64,000 nt of DNA from assembly GCF_011745625.1 (NCBI RefSeq), contig NW_027191456.1:620001-684000 (forward strand), read 5' to 3'. Shown piece after piece: positions 31,541-43,558 of this stretch. The DNA is from Cladosporium halotolerans. Taxonomy: Eukaryota. Below the pieces are notes generated by a model that saw only the letters and a program-made list of their open reading frames with translations, had not been told where the DNA came from and did not search any database. Within the stretch, counting starts at the first letter, position 1. Every line of letters begins with the position of its first letter. The translations under genes were made by a program, and so were the position numbers.

Positions 31541-34500
31541 CTAGAAACTCGGCGAGCCGACGGCGCCCAGGCTGGCGAAACCGCCGCCTCGCCCAGGTCC
31601 GCCGAAGCCGATCCCCGCGGGCGAGGACCTGCTCGGCATCGGGCTGCCGATCTCGCCCAGGCCGGTATGCGAGCCGCGGCCCTGCTGGTCTTTCGGCGTG
31701 CCTGAGTCGGGCGTCCACTTGACGGCGACGACATCGCCGCCGCCCGAGGGCGATTTGCGCGCGTTGAGCTCGCCGCCGCCGTTCTGGCTGTCGCCCTCGG
31801 TCTCGCAGATCTCCTCGACTTCCTTGAGTGAGGGTGGGGGCTCGAGCGCGGGCATCTGGCGCATGAGGGCGTGGATGTCGTGGAACCCGTCGGAGGAGGG
31901 GTTGCTGGCGCTGAGCTGCTTGCAAGCCTGGCAGATCGCGAGTCGCAGGGCCAGGGGTCGGGACTGCTGTCCGCCGAAGACCGAGCCGCGGTGCATTTGC
32001 ATGGGCATCTGGTTGCCTACTCCCATGGGACCGAAGGCGCCGTTGTTTGTGAAAGCGGTATTGTTGTTCGCCCAACCAGGCATGTGGCTGGCATTAGGGA
32101 GACTACCCCATTGCTGCTGCCCCAGACCCGGACCCTGACCGAAAGGTAAGGAAGGCGTGTTCCAACTCCCTGCTGGCGTGCCAAATCCACCCGCCGGTTG
32201 CATCAATCCACCAATGCCGAGAGACTGACTGCGTGTCGACGGAGGGGGTATATTGTGCGACATGCGGCGATTCTCGCCTTGAGGGATAGGCTCGTCCGAG
32301 TCGTCCAATAGCGCAGAGCTGCCGAGGTGCTTGGACAAGTCGTCAACATCTGCGCGAGGGCTGACGCTGCTTTGACCGGGAGATCTCATAGTGCCTGGAC
32401 GCTGAATTGGCGCAGGGCGTGCAATAGGTTGACCGACTCCTTGGTTGTCGCCTGACTGCTGACGCGAATGTGCAGGCACTGCGGGCTTTGGAATATCCGT
32501 ACCGGGCACACCGTTTGGAGGTTGACCGATCGGTGATGTCTGGCTCGATTGCTGAGGAGGAATCTGGGGTGCAAAACCAGGTGGTGCTCCAACACCGGGT
32601 TGATCGAAGGGGAAACTCATTCCGCGACCCTGTGAATGCATCATACCCGGAGGCCCAGGCATCCCATTCATGCCAGGTGGACCAAATGGTGACATGCGGT
32701 TCGGGACACCCATCGGCGGTCCCTGGTGCCCGTACATAGGCATAGGCCCGCGTTGTCCCATATTGTGCATCATCGGCCCTTGAGGACCTTGGAAAGCCTG
32801 GAACCCGAGGGGAGGCATGCCGCCAAAACCGCCCTGGTGCTGTTGCGAGTGCTGCATGCCAGGAGGCGGTTGCATTGATTGGTGGTTTAGAGGCTGGTTC
32901 ATCTGGTGATGGGGGTGAGGGCCCTGTGGCTGCGGGCCTTTCTGCATGAAAGGCTTCGCGCCATTTGGTGCGTACTGCTGAGGCCCCACGCTGCTGGGCG
33001 ACGACGATTTGCTCGGTGCGCTAGAGAGCTGTGATGGTGGTTGCCTTGGTGATGAAGAATGTGAGCCTTGCTGTGAGGGTTGCTTTTGCCTTGCAGGAGT
33101 CGGAGCCTTGGGAACGACAGGGGTTGCGACAGCCGGATGAGGCGATGAGATCCCCGACGGTGTCTGCTTAGGGTGAACGCCGGGCACGGCGACCATTCCT
33201 GCTTGTGAAGGACGCTTCGCGATTTGTGGAGGCTGATTCTGCCTTGTCGTGCGTTCATGCTCCCTCGCTTCTCTGTCCGCCTTGGACTTCGCTTCCCGCT
33301 CCCGTTTGTCTTTCTCCTCTTGAGCTTTGCGCTCCTTGGCCTCCTTCTCCCGTGTCTCTCGCTCCTCTCGCTCGCGCCTCCGTGCTTCCTCCTTCTTTGC
33401 CTTCTCTGCTGCACGATGCTCACGGGCCTTTCTCTCAGCTTCCTCCCGGCGCTGTTGCTCTTCCTGCTGTCGACGTTGCTTCTCAGCTTCTTTTCTTGCA
33501 CGCTCCTCATCCTGCTTCCGTCGCTCCTCTTCCTTCTTCTTCCGTTGCTCCTCCTTCTTCCGCCTCTGCTCCTCCTGCTTCTTCTGCTCAATCTCCTTCA
33601 GCCGAGCTTCCTCAGCAGCTTTCTCGGCCTCCTTCTGCGCCTTCTCCTCGGCCTTTGCCAATTGCTGAAGTCGCTTTTTCTCCTTCTTCTTCTCGGCATC
33701 GCGCTTCTTCTTCGCCTCCCGCTGTGCTTCGAGCTTCTCTTCGTCTTGAAGCTCCTCCAATAGCTTCTGCTGCCGCTCAGCCGCCACCTTCTCCTTGTAC
33801 GCTGTTAATACTCGCTGCTCGAACATGCGAGCTGCAAATATTTGAAACATTCGCCGACCTTCTTGCATGCGCTGCTCCTCAGTCAAGCCGCCCTGTATGC
33901 CGTTAGTATGTCCGAGCGGTTGTGCACAAACCTCCGCGACGCCACCTACCATTTCGTCTTCTTCCTCCAAGTCGTCCTCGTACTCTTCTTGACTGTCGTA
34001 GCTGGCTTCGTCATCGTACTCGTCGCCAGCCGCGAGTGGATCTTCATGGTTGTATGCGGGGTCGTTTGGAGGATATGCACTGGGATGGCTCGGGTTCGCC
34101 GCTGCGTACTCGGCCTCGCTTTCCCGTTGCATGCGCCGCTCTGCCAATTGCTCCATCATCTCGATAAACTTGCGCCCATCGTTCTTCAAGAGATCGTCGG
34201 CAACGGTAAGTAGATTGTCTGTTCCACCGCTTAGCTCAGGTCGCACCTTTTCTATCCACGGCAAGAAAATACCTTTAACTGTGAGATTTTGGCCGAAATT
34301 GAAGAAGTCCGGCACTGGACCTCGAGGGGGTTCTGGCTCGTCATCTGAGTATTCCTCTTCTTCCTCTTCGTCTTCCTCGTCTTCCTCATCCTCCTCGTCG
34401 GAATACTCTTCTTCCTCTTCGCTGATCTCCTCTTCTTCGTCCAGGTGTTCCAGCATTTGACTCGACCGGTGGTGCGGATTTGGAGGAGGTGCAGCTAAAG

Positions 34501-35299
34501 GATGCGGAGGCCGGCGGTGCGCATGCAGAGGCTCTGGAAGCATACCGTCCGAGGTGAGAGGAGGGTGATCGTGATGTGCGTACTGCTCAAGTTCCTCATA
34601 GTAACCTTCGTAGAGCACCTCAAGTTCTTCCTCGATTGCCGTCCGTTTGCGCCCGCACACCGTGCACGAGCACGAGTGCTTCTGTTGCTGCTTCATTTTC
34701 CTGAGCACCGCTTCCTTCTCAATCTTCAACAGCGACTTCCGCTCATCCTCGCTCAGGCTTAGCCAGAAGTCCTTAATGTTCTGGCGCTCTTGCTGTGTGC
34801 TGGTGTTCCAGATGTTGGGATGATTTGCGACGCTCTTGTGCATGGTGCGTAAAGCTGCGGCGGATGTGCCCTTCGAGGGCGGTGGAGGCGTAGGTAGAGG
34901 AGGCATGCCGGAGCCCAGCAGCTCCGGGCTGTAGACGTCGTGGTGGCTGGCGCGCTTCTTCTTATTCTTCTTGCGATTCTTCGCCGGCGGAGGCATGGCG
35001 TAGCCGTTCGATTCGGCGTGCGGTGGTATGTATTGGTCGTGGTAGCGTTGTGGCTCGGAATCGGAGTACTCGTCGTCGTATTCCTCCTCGGCGTACCCTA
35101 ATGGATCCTCGTCGTAGTCGAGCTCGGCCGGACGAGCGGTCGCCGGCGGTGCTAAAGGTGCCTCGGTGGGCACTGCGCGAGCAGCCTGCTTCGCGCGACG
35201 CTTCTGCTTCTTGCGGTTGCCGCCCGCAAGGCCCTTCGGAGGTGCGGTTATGACGCCGTTTGAAGACGGCTGGGGTAGGTTGCGCGCATTTGTCGCCAT
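31541..35299 (-). CDS. NST1: Stress response protein Nst1; two in-frame introns (34272-34219, 33949-33893)
   Basis: IWNTSTQQERQNIKDFWLSL..ERKSLLKIEKEAVLRKMK..HSCSCTVCGRKRTAIEEELEVLY, TVADDLLKNDGRKFIEMMEQLAERR, EGRRMFQIFAARMFEQRVLTAY, and a long E/K/R coiled coil. Confidence 0.92.
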   Translation of the reverse strand: MATNARNLPQPSSNGVITAPPKGLAGGNRKKQKRRAKQAARAVPTEAPLAPPATARPAELDYDEDPLGYAEEEYDDEYSDSEPQRYHDQYIPPHAESNGYAMPPPAKNRKKNKKKRASHHDVYSPELLGSGMPPLPTPPPPSKGTSAAALRTMHKSVANHPNIWNTSTQQERQNIKDFWLSLSEDERKSLLKIEKEAVLRKMKQQQKHSCSCTVCGRKRTAIEEELEVLYEGYYEELEQYAHHDHPPLTSDGMLPEPLHAHRRPPHPLAAPPPNPHHRSSQMLEHLDEEEEISEEEEEYSDEEDEEDEEDEEEEEEYSDDEPEPPRGPVPDFFNFGQNLTVKGIFLPWIEKVRPELSGGTDNLLTVADDLLKNDGRKFIEMMEQLAERRMQRESEAEYAAANPSHPSAYPPNDPAYNHEDPLAAGDEYDDEASYDSQEEYEDDLEEEDEMVGGVAEVCAQPLGHTNGIQGGLTEEQRMQEGRRMFQIFAARMFEQRVLTAYKEKVAAERQQKLLEELQDEEKLEAQREAKKKRDAEKKKEKKRLQQLAKAEEKAQKEAEKAAEEARLKEIEQKKQEEQRRKKEEQRKKKEEERRKQDEERARKEAEKQRRQQEEQQRREEAERKAREHRAAEKAKKEEARRREREERETREKEAKERKAQEEKDKREREAKSKADREAREHERTTRQNQPPQIAKRPSQAGMVAVPGVHPKQTPSGISSPHPAVATPVVPKAPTPARQKQPSQQGSHSSSPRQPPSQLSSAPSKSSSPSSVGPQQYAPNGAKPFMQKGPQPQGPHPHHQMNQPLNHQSMQPPPGMQHSQQHQGGFGGMPPLGFQAFQGPQGPMMHNMGQRGPMPMYGHQGPPMGVPNRMSPFGPPGMNGMPGPPGMMHSQGRGMSFPFDQPGVGAPPGFAPQIPPQQSSQTSPIGQPPNGVPGTDIPKPAVPAHSRQQSGDNQGVGQPIARPAPIQRPGTMRSPGQSSVSPRADVDDLSKHLGSSALLDDSDEPIPQGENRRMSHNIPPPSTRSQSLGIGGLMQPAGGFGTPAGSWNTPSLPFGQGPGLGQQQWGSLPNASHMPGWANNNTAFTNNGAFGPMGVGNQMPMQMHRGSVFGGQQSRPLALRLAICQACKQLSASNPSSDGFHDIHALMRQMPALEPPPSLKEVEEICETEGDSQNGGGELNARKSPSGGGDVVAVKWTPDSGTPKDQQGRGSHTGLGEIGSPMPSRSSPAGIGFGGPGRGGGFASLGAVGSPSF

Positions 35300-36659
35300 G
35301 GTTGTGCGCTGGCGGAGAGGATAGTGATGAGTCAGGAGGTGTGCGGTCGCGGCATAGGTCGGAGGGTGTGTCGCGAGGCCGCGTTGTTCTGATTGCGGTG
35401 TCGGCCAGGCGCGTGAAGCTGTAGTTCAACGCAGTCACGCTGGTGGTGGTGGTGTTGCCCTGCCCGCAGCCCGCAGCCCGCACTGCGGATCAACCTCAGG
35501 ACTCCAGACAGCGCCAAGCAAGCTTTCCTCCGCAGCGAAGCTGTACGCCGCGAGAGGTACATGTGCCGAGCCGAAGCGAGCCATCAGTCAGCAATGCGGT
35601 TTCATGAAATATTATTATTCACTAATGGAACACCACCGGATCATGGCTGGTTCGGCTACAATCCAAATGCTTTGATGCTAGACGAACAGATCATGTGCAA
35701 TGAGAAGGTATCATTGAAGTTCTTTGGCGCGCTCGTACCTGTCAACGAGGGTTGACAGACCACATTTGCGCTTCATCTACTGTCCAAAAGATCTAATCAC
35801 TTTCACTTCACCGTGGAGAGCCCATGTCTGGACATCTCTTCACAATGTTGGGTGTTATACCGTACTGAGCAAGTAAGACCCAGTGTCTACCATGACTGTG
35901 TCAAGGACTGCATGTGCTTTGCGTGTCCGCTATGTACGGGTAACATTACGACCTCCGCAACCCTCAGAACCGCCCAGGTACTCGGTCTACGTGTCATTGA
36001 GTGAGGAAATCACATAAGCCGCCGGTGTCGTCAGGCTCACGACTACCATAGAATGATGATGTGGGCTCGTAATATGCAATAGCTTTCCAGAGGAAAGCAT
36101 TGGCCGTGGTTCATTGCATTTAATTGATGGCCCGTCTATCACATGCATGCAAGGTGCTCTCGGTCCAGTCGCAAGACCCTGAAGACGAGGTGAAGCGTGG
36201 ATGCTTGCCTGAGGGTGGGTGTGGCTGTGCAGCGAAGCAGCATCGCCAACCTTGGGATAAGCATCAGGGAAACGCCGACAGGTCAACATTGTTCCCATTG
36301 CTACTCAACACCCACGCCAACACGCACCGCTGCTCTTCCGCTGCCGCCCTTCGAGCTCCCACGTCCCTCTGCCCTCCGCTCGACGCTCCGCGCTGTCTAT
36401 CTGCTTGCGGCTATCGCGCCAGCCTGCTCCGCCTCCCTCCTGCCATCTCCACATTGCGGCTCGGTAAGGTCGCATAAGGTGATTGCGTCTACGACCTTAC
36501 GATAACTCCACTGCGTGCTCCGCTACACCAGCACATCGACATCAAGTAAGAGCCGGGAATCAAGGCATCATCTGTGGAAAAAGGCTCAGGAAGCCATTGC
36601 ATTGAAGCTTGTCCCTCGATCGTCAGCACCGCACTCGGCTGGCCGAGACGACATTCACC

Positions 36660-37447
36660 ATGGCCCAAGCGGACCAACAAGTGATGAGGAGGTTTGTTTA
36701 TTGAGTATAAGGCGCCTTCACAGCATGTCTGACGGCCGGTTTACAGGAAGCTGGTGATTATCGGCGACGGTGCATGTGGAAAGACCAGTCTGCTGTCCGT
36801 ATTCACTCTTGGCTACTTTCCTACAGTACGTCAACACCATTTCAGCCAGCTTTTTCTCGCCCACCGAAGCATGTTCCACTGACACCAGCAACAGCGCTAT
36901 GTCCCCACAGTGTTCGAGAACTACGTCACAGATTGTCGCGTGGATGGCAAGTCGGTCCAGCTTGCGTTATGGGATACTGCGGGCCAAGAAGACTACGAAC
37001 GCCTCCGACCGCTGGCTTATAGTCAAGCTCACGTGATTCTCATCGCATTCTCCGTCTCTAGTCCAGATTCGCTGCAAAACATCACAACCAAGTGGTAAGT
37101 GTAGACCCAATATGTAGTTGTCTCCGTGGCGAGTATGGCCAACTCACCAATTTCGCAGGCATCCCGAAGTCCTGGAGCGCTGCCCTGGGGTCCCTATAAT
37201 CCTCGTCGGTCTGAAGAAAGACCTTCGGGATGACCCTGTGGCACAGGAGGAGATGCGGAAACGGTCCGAAAAGTTCCTTACTCCTGAAGAGGGCGAGGAC
37301 GTGCGCAAACGCATCGGCGCGAAGAAGTACCTCGAGTGCTCTTCTCTCACGGGCGAGGGTGTCGACGACGTCTTCGAAGCCGCGACGAGGCAAAGTTTGC
37401 TGAGCGGAGACCACAAAAAGCCAAGCGGGTGCTGCGTTATCCTTTAA
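36660..37447 (+). CDS. RHO2: Rho-family GTPase Rho2; 3 introns
   Basis: Spliced [78 protein letters not shown]...CCVIL (CAAX). FTLGYFP and TDCRVDG are Rho2-type. Confidence 0.93.
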
Positions 37448-38250
37448 GCACTAAAGGAGCGATGTCGAACAGCCCAAGTGCGTTGCGATGGCGATCTCCA
37501 GCACGCTTCTAGAAGAGGGTACTACGAAACATTGGGCTTACGAGACGAACCCTCGCAACAATCTGGTCGCAATCCCGACTCCAGCACGCTGAAAAATTCA
37601 TCATTCGCGTTGCATTCCCCTCCTTTCAGCGACATCCTGGACCAACAGCAAGCAAGCAAGCAAGCGAAGAAGGATCTTCACAGCCACTTTTCCTTTCATC
37701 GATCTCTCTCTGGGTCAGGTCACGGGCACAAACAAGGCGCACGCCGGCGATCAGCAAAGGGGACGGGCGTTCATTGTGATATTCTTCTTGTATGTCCTTC
37801 TATCTGTTTTTCTTTTTGTGGCTTTTGCAAAACAAAAGTGGCGGGCATTGCACGGGGCGGGCGTCTTTTCTTGAGTATACTTAATAATGAGTGGGAGAGG
37901 GACGACGAGGAGACGAGGCATATAGATGGTCGCTGGAGAAGAGCGGCCTCCGAGTCGCTTCCGAGCGGGATTGAATGAATGATCAAAAGAAAATTGAATT
38001 TTTGCCCGATGTTGACTTTCCATGCTTGTCATCGAGATTGTCGTGAGTGAATGCGTGCTTCATGCGACTAGCCATGCGCAACAACACTTGTACCTCGCAG
38101 CTCGACATTCCAGGCATTCACACGGCGAATCCTCCCTCGCGCAGCAAACACCTCTCCCACGTTCACTGCGCCGCCCGATCAAACGCCCCCAACCCCCAAT
38201 CCCACCGCAACCTCGCACACCCCCACCACCACACACACCCAACCGCCAAA

Positions 38251-38808
38251 ATGCCCACCCTCAAACTCAAGCTCTCCCGCCACAAACACCGCAAACTCAC
38301 CTACCGACCGCCAACCCCCGACCCGAGGAAACCCTACCACGCGCCCTCCCTCTACGCCCGCGTGCTGGCCAAACTCCTCTCGAAAAACCAAATCCGCGAA
38401 CTCCAGGAAGCGCAACGGCTGTTCGAGCTTCGCGCGGACCCCGGCGCCGCGGCGGCGTGCGCGAGCATGTGCTACGAGATCGTCGACGAGCGGCCGTCGG
38501 AGGCGGTCGCGGCGCGCGCGCATGGCATGCTGGCTGTGAAGGGTGTTGGCGGGCTGGCGGATGCGAGGAGGTGAGTTTTTTGTTGTGTTTGTGCTCCGCA
38601 GTAAGGCTTTGCTGACGTGGGTGGCTTTGTTAGGTACCATGCGAGCGAAGCGGTGGATTGCTGGCGGCGGGTGATCAATCGGACCGGGAGGTCGAGGTTT
38701 GATGTCGAGAAGGCGAGGGTGGAGCTGAGGGGCGCGGAGGGGCTGCTGAGGCAGGCCGAGGTCGACTGCGTGGAGTATGAGGAGACAGCGGCGACTATGC
38801 TTTGTTGA
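38251..38808 (+). CDS. Hypothetical protein (about 165 aa, helical, basic N-terminus); intron approx. 38571-38634
   Basis: AAAATG context; ORF MPTLKLKL...LADARR, then GTGAGT...GCTGAC...TTAG, continuing YHASEAVDCWRRV...TMLC. No family recognised. Confidence 0.55.
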
Positions 38809-38899
38809 CGTACAGAGATGTGTGGGAGCCACTTGGTAGCAAGTGTGTAGGACTCGTGTCGAACGATGGTGTTGTCTGCTGAGAGCGATAGCTGCAATC

Positions 38900-40258
38900 T
38901 CAAAGCTTGAAATCGGTGACCGTCTTTTCCCATCCACCACTGATAGGGAGCGGAGCCTGCTGCGCCAGATGCTGTGACAAAGCTGTCTTACGTTCGACCG
39001 CACGTTCCGTACATAGCTCGTAGACTGTGCTTAGATTGAATAGCAACGCCGGAAACGCAGCAGTCTCCTTAGCAATTCCTTCCAAGATATCGCGCGCTTC
39101 TGTGATGCGACCGGTATAGAGGAGACACGCGGAGAGGTTTTGACCGAGTAGCTCGTTATTCGGGTGCTGCTCAGCCAGTTTCTTCCAGGCGCTGACGGCT
39201 TCGGTAAAATCGCCATGCGCTGTCTGCAAAAGTGCCTGATGGATGTCCTTGATTATGCCCGGAGAAAGCTTGTCTAGGGACTGTTGCGCATTTGTAATAT
39301 CGCCAATTCGGATGCTGAGCAAGGCCTTGCGAGAGTTGATAGCGTCGGGGTCAACACCAACTAATGTGTCCAGATGCCTGGACGCAGTCTCGAACTCTCC
39401 AATTTCGACGAGAGAATCAGCGACTCGTAGGCCAAGATCCCGCAAGCGCTCTTTCCAAGCGTCCAATGCTGCCGAATTGTTACTCTCTTTGGCGTCGAGC
39501 ACGTGTGACCTCACTTCTGCGGATAAAGCATAGAGTGACATGATGGCTCGGCGCCCGTCATCGGCAGTGGCAATCGATTGTAACCTGACAAGAAGCAACC
39601 TAAGCTCCCATGGAACAAGATGCAAAATATCCTTAGCTTCGGGCGTATTTCGAGTGAGGAAATCAGTGAAGGGCACGGCTTCGTCTGATGCAAGGTCCGG
39701 CCTCGAGATGACAACCAAACATGCCAGGCGCGTGTACAGCAGCTTGAATATGCGTTCAGCATCACTGGGACCACTCGAAAGCAACTCCGTTAGAGCAGTC
39801 TCGGCCGCCTTTCGGAAGTGGCCGCCTTGGAGCAACTCGGCCAAAGGGCATGTCAGAGGGGGCTGATGCTTGGAGTCTGAGTAGCCAGGCGCTATTCCTT
39901 CTGATGGGACTTGGTGGTAGAGTCTACGGTCCAACAAGAATGAAAGATCGACATGCAACACAGCCGTGCGCGCTCGATCCGACTCTGGCAGCTGTGGCGA
40001 TTGTACGGTCCTGCTAGCCATGCCAGGTCGAGGAGAAACTGCAGGGGAGGTGGCTTGCGAGTCTGGCTGCGGCGAAGGCTCGGCTAGGGGACTATAAGGT
40101 ACCAGCTTTCAGCATAGGATGCGGATGGAATCGAAGGCAGAACTGGCTCACTCGTCGGCCGCGTCCAAAGGGCCTACGGTACTACGTCGAGGCATTGGAT
40201 GTGATATGTTTCGGCCATGTCGGCGGACGCTGTTTGTCGGCGACAGCGTCGATTCCAT
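38900..40258 (-). CDS. TPR-containing protein, probably TRAPPC12-like (trafficking protein particle complex subunit 12); one intron near 40151-40092
   Basis: IFKLLYTRLACL, VPWELRLLLVRLQ, QNLSACLLYTG, LLFNLSTVYELCTE and C-terminal DFKL; 5' exon MESTLSP...RSTVGPLDAAD. Confidence 0.65.
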
Positions 40259-40530
40259 GCTGAGCTACGACCGAGCAAGGCTAGGTAGTCTGGCCGCAAC
40301 AACAATCGATGCCTGATCTACAGTGCCAACGGAGCGCTACAATCAACGACGAAGTGAGGTATGGCGTGTGCACTGCCGAATCCACCCTAGTTCGCGTCCT
40401 CCCTGCTGCGTGCTGCTCCGTGCGGCCGCGGTCAGCATGCCGAGCGAGATCGGCCTGGCCTGCGCGATCCCCGCAAAACTTCCTCGGTGGCGCCTCTTCC
40501 CTTTGGATGTGCCAGACAAGGTGCGCCCAG

Positions 40531-40537
40531 TGACTCA
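40531..40537 (+). promoter_or_regulatory. Gcn4/CpcA-type element TGACTCA upstream of ILV2
   Basis: Perfect TGACTCA about 90 bp 5' of the ILV2 ATG, consistent with cross-pathway control of amino-acid biosynthesis genes. Confidence 0.55.
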
Positions 40538-40628
40538 ATCTTCCACTTTATTTCGCCCGCGTTCATACAAAGAGCACCAGACTCGCTCCTCCAGGCGTCC
40601 TTCGACTGCCACCTCTCCACTCACAGCC

Positions 40629-42816
40629 ATGATGCAGTCTCAGTCTGCCTCCAGGGCGCTCCAATGCCTGCCCCGAGCTCGGCGAGCACTTTCGACTTCG
40701 TCGCGCCTCGCCGCCCTTTCGCCCTACAACAGGAGCACCGCCGCCACCCAGAACCAGACCACCACCGCCAAGCGCAATGTCTCCGCGAAGGCCTCCATGC
40801 AGGCTCAGGCCGCCGCCGCCCCCTCGCAAACCGCACAGCGCACCGTCCCTAGCCCTGCCTTCAACCGCGAGGATGCAAAACTGCGCGATGTGCAGCCGCT
40901 GCAGCCATACCGCCAGCCCGAGCTCGACCACAGCTTTGTCGGCATGAAGGGTGGCGAGATCTTTCACGATATGATGCTGAGACATGGCGTCAAGCACGTC
41001 TGTAAGTGGCGCTTCCCAAGTGGTGTTTTCGCATCCCTCCGAGGAATACTAACGCAGAATTCCAGTCGGTTACCCCGGTGGTGCGATTCTCCCCGTTTTC
41101 GATGCGATCTACAACAGCAAAGACTTCGACTTCATCCTCCCCAGACACGAGCAGGGCGCGGGTCACATGGCTGAGGGCTACGCTCGCGCTTCTGGTAAGA
41201 CGGGTGTTGTCCTCGTCACTTCCGGCCCTGGCGCGACGAACGTGATCACCCCTATGCAAGATGCTTTGATGGACGGTACCCCGATGGTTGTCTTCTGCGG
41301 TCAGGTGCCCACAACTGCGATTGGCTCTGATGCTTTCCAAGAGGCGGACGTCATTGGTATCTCTCGCGCTTGCACGAAGTGGAACGTAATGGTTAAGAAC
41401 ATTGCCGAGCTTCCCAGGAGGATCAACGAGGCTTTCGAGATCGCCAACTCTGGCCGTCCCGGACCCGTTCTTGTCGACCTGCCCAAGGACGTTACTGGCG
41501 CCATACTCAACCGTCCCATCCCCGTCTCCACCACCACAATCCCCTCGCACCCGTCCGCAGCCACCCAGGCAGCTCGCGAGCTTGCAAACACCCAGCTTGA
41601 GGCCAGCATCAAGCGCTGCGCCGACCTGATCAATGTTGCTAAGAAGCCCGTTGTCTACGCCGGTGCTGGTGTCCTTGGCCACCCTGATGGACCCAAGTTC
41701 CTCAAGGAGCTCTCCGACAAGGCTCAGATTCCGGTCACTACCACCCTCCAGGGTCTTGGTGGTTTTGATGAGCTCGACCCAAAGGCTCTGCACATGCTCG
41801 GTATGCACGGTTCGGCATATGCCAACATGGCCATCCAGGAGGCCGACTTGGTCATTGCCCTTGGTGGTCGCTTCGATGACCGTATCACCGGTCACGTCCC
41901 GCGTTTCGCCCCTCAAGCACGTAAGGCTGCCGAGGAGGGCCGTGGTGGCATCATTCACTTCGACATCATGCCCAAGAACATCAACAAGGTCGTCCAGGCC
42001 ACCGAGGCCGTCGAGGGTGACGTTACCGCCAACCTCAAGCTCATGCTGCCTCAGGTTGAGTCAAGAACCGAGTCTCAGAGGCAGGAGTGGTTCGATCAGA
42101 TCAAGGCTTGGAAGGAGCGCTTCCCCTGGGCCTACGAGAAGGAGGATGGCCCTGACGCTCTCATCAAACCCCAGACTGTCATCGCCAAGCTCTCCGACAT
42201 GACCGCTCACCGTAAGAACGAGACCATCGTCGCCACCGGTGTCGGTCAGCACCAGATGTGGACCGCCCAGCACTTCCGCTGGCGCTCCCCTCGCACCATG
42301 ATCACCTCCGGTGGTCTTGGAACCATGGGCTTCGGTCTCCCCGCCGCCATCGGCGCCAAGGTCGCTCAGCCCGACAAGCTCGTCGTCGACATCGACGGCG
42401 ACGCCTCCTTCAGCATGACCCTCACCGAGCTCGCCACGGCCGCCGAGTTTAAGATTGGCGTCAAGATCATCATCCTCAACAACGAAGAGCAAGGCATGGT
42501 CACGCAGTGGCAGTCCCTCTTCTACAACGACCGCTTCGCCCACACCCACCAGCGCAACCCCGACTTCGTCAAGCTCTCCGAGGCCATGAAGATCCCCGCC
42601 CGCAAGACCGAGAAGCTCGCCACCCTCGAGGACGACCTGCAGTGGCTGATCGAGGGCTCCGGCGAGGGCCCCGCCCTCCTTGAGGTTGTCACCGACCAGA
42701 AGGTGCCCGTCCTGCCCATGGTGCCCGGCGGCAGCGCCCTGCACGAGTTCCTCGTCTACGACGCCGAGAAGGAGAAGCAGCGCAGGCAGAGGACTCGCGA
42801 GCGCAGCGGCAGGTAA
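40629..42816 (+). CDS. ILV2: Acetolactate synthase catalytic subunit, mitochondrial; intron 41002-41065
   Basis: Presequence-like N-terminus, spliced HV|FGYPGGAILP, RHEQGAGHMAEGYAR, TSGPGATN, MLGMHG, RFDDR, GVGQHQMW, and the ThDP motif GDASF...NN. Confidence 0.97.
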
Positions 42817-43558
42817 ACGTCTCAACACCATAAAAAGCGGATCTTTTGTAATGGAAGGGAGAGAGAGTCTTCATTCTTGTGCGAGTAAATATGGGAAGGG
42901 GAAACACTTCATCTGTTTTCTTTGGGCGGAGCGTCTGGGCGTTTTGTTTTCTAGTGCTTTTTTCATGTTCGATCTGGGAAAAGAGCGCTTTGATCTAGCA
43001 TTGTGTCCATTCAGTTGGGCTGGCGTGTCTGATGATTAAGATTGACACGGAGGAAAGTAGTGGAAAAGTTAAGATTCAATGGCGGAGCTGTTCGCTGGCC
43101 CTTTTTTGTCGTACTTATTGTATGCGCGAGCTTGCATGGCGACAAATGAGAACATTCAGAACATCAGTATCAATTCCTAAGTGACCCTTCACTCTTGAAC
43201 TCGTGATCAAAGATTAATTACATGAAGTAGCGCTTCTCTCCATCTACCATCGACCCATCGGAAATTCTCGGGACCGGTACCGGCGGATTGCACGTGACCT
43301 TGGCTTCGTATGACCTGGGTGGTAGACATTAGGCGCATGCTTGGATGCTTTTGAAGAATTCAGAGTACGAATTGATGGATGGGAAACAGTGACATTGCTT
43401 TTGAAGACCGCTTAAACCATTGATTCTGCGCGCTGCACGCATATGGAACTACGGAACATGAACATTCCATCCCTTTTGACACAACTTCTCATCGCATTGC
43501 CATACTGTACACACGCTTAATGATATATTGGTACCGCTCATTTATCCCCTGACACCCC

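Noticed and set aside
40323..40628. GTG-initiated upstream extension of ILV2
   Set aside because: It runs through promoter sequence including the TGACTCA site; the AUG at 40629 has good context and directly begins a presequence.
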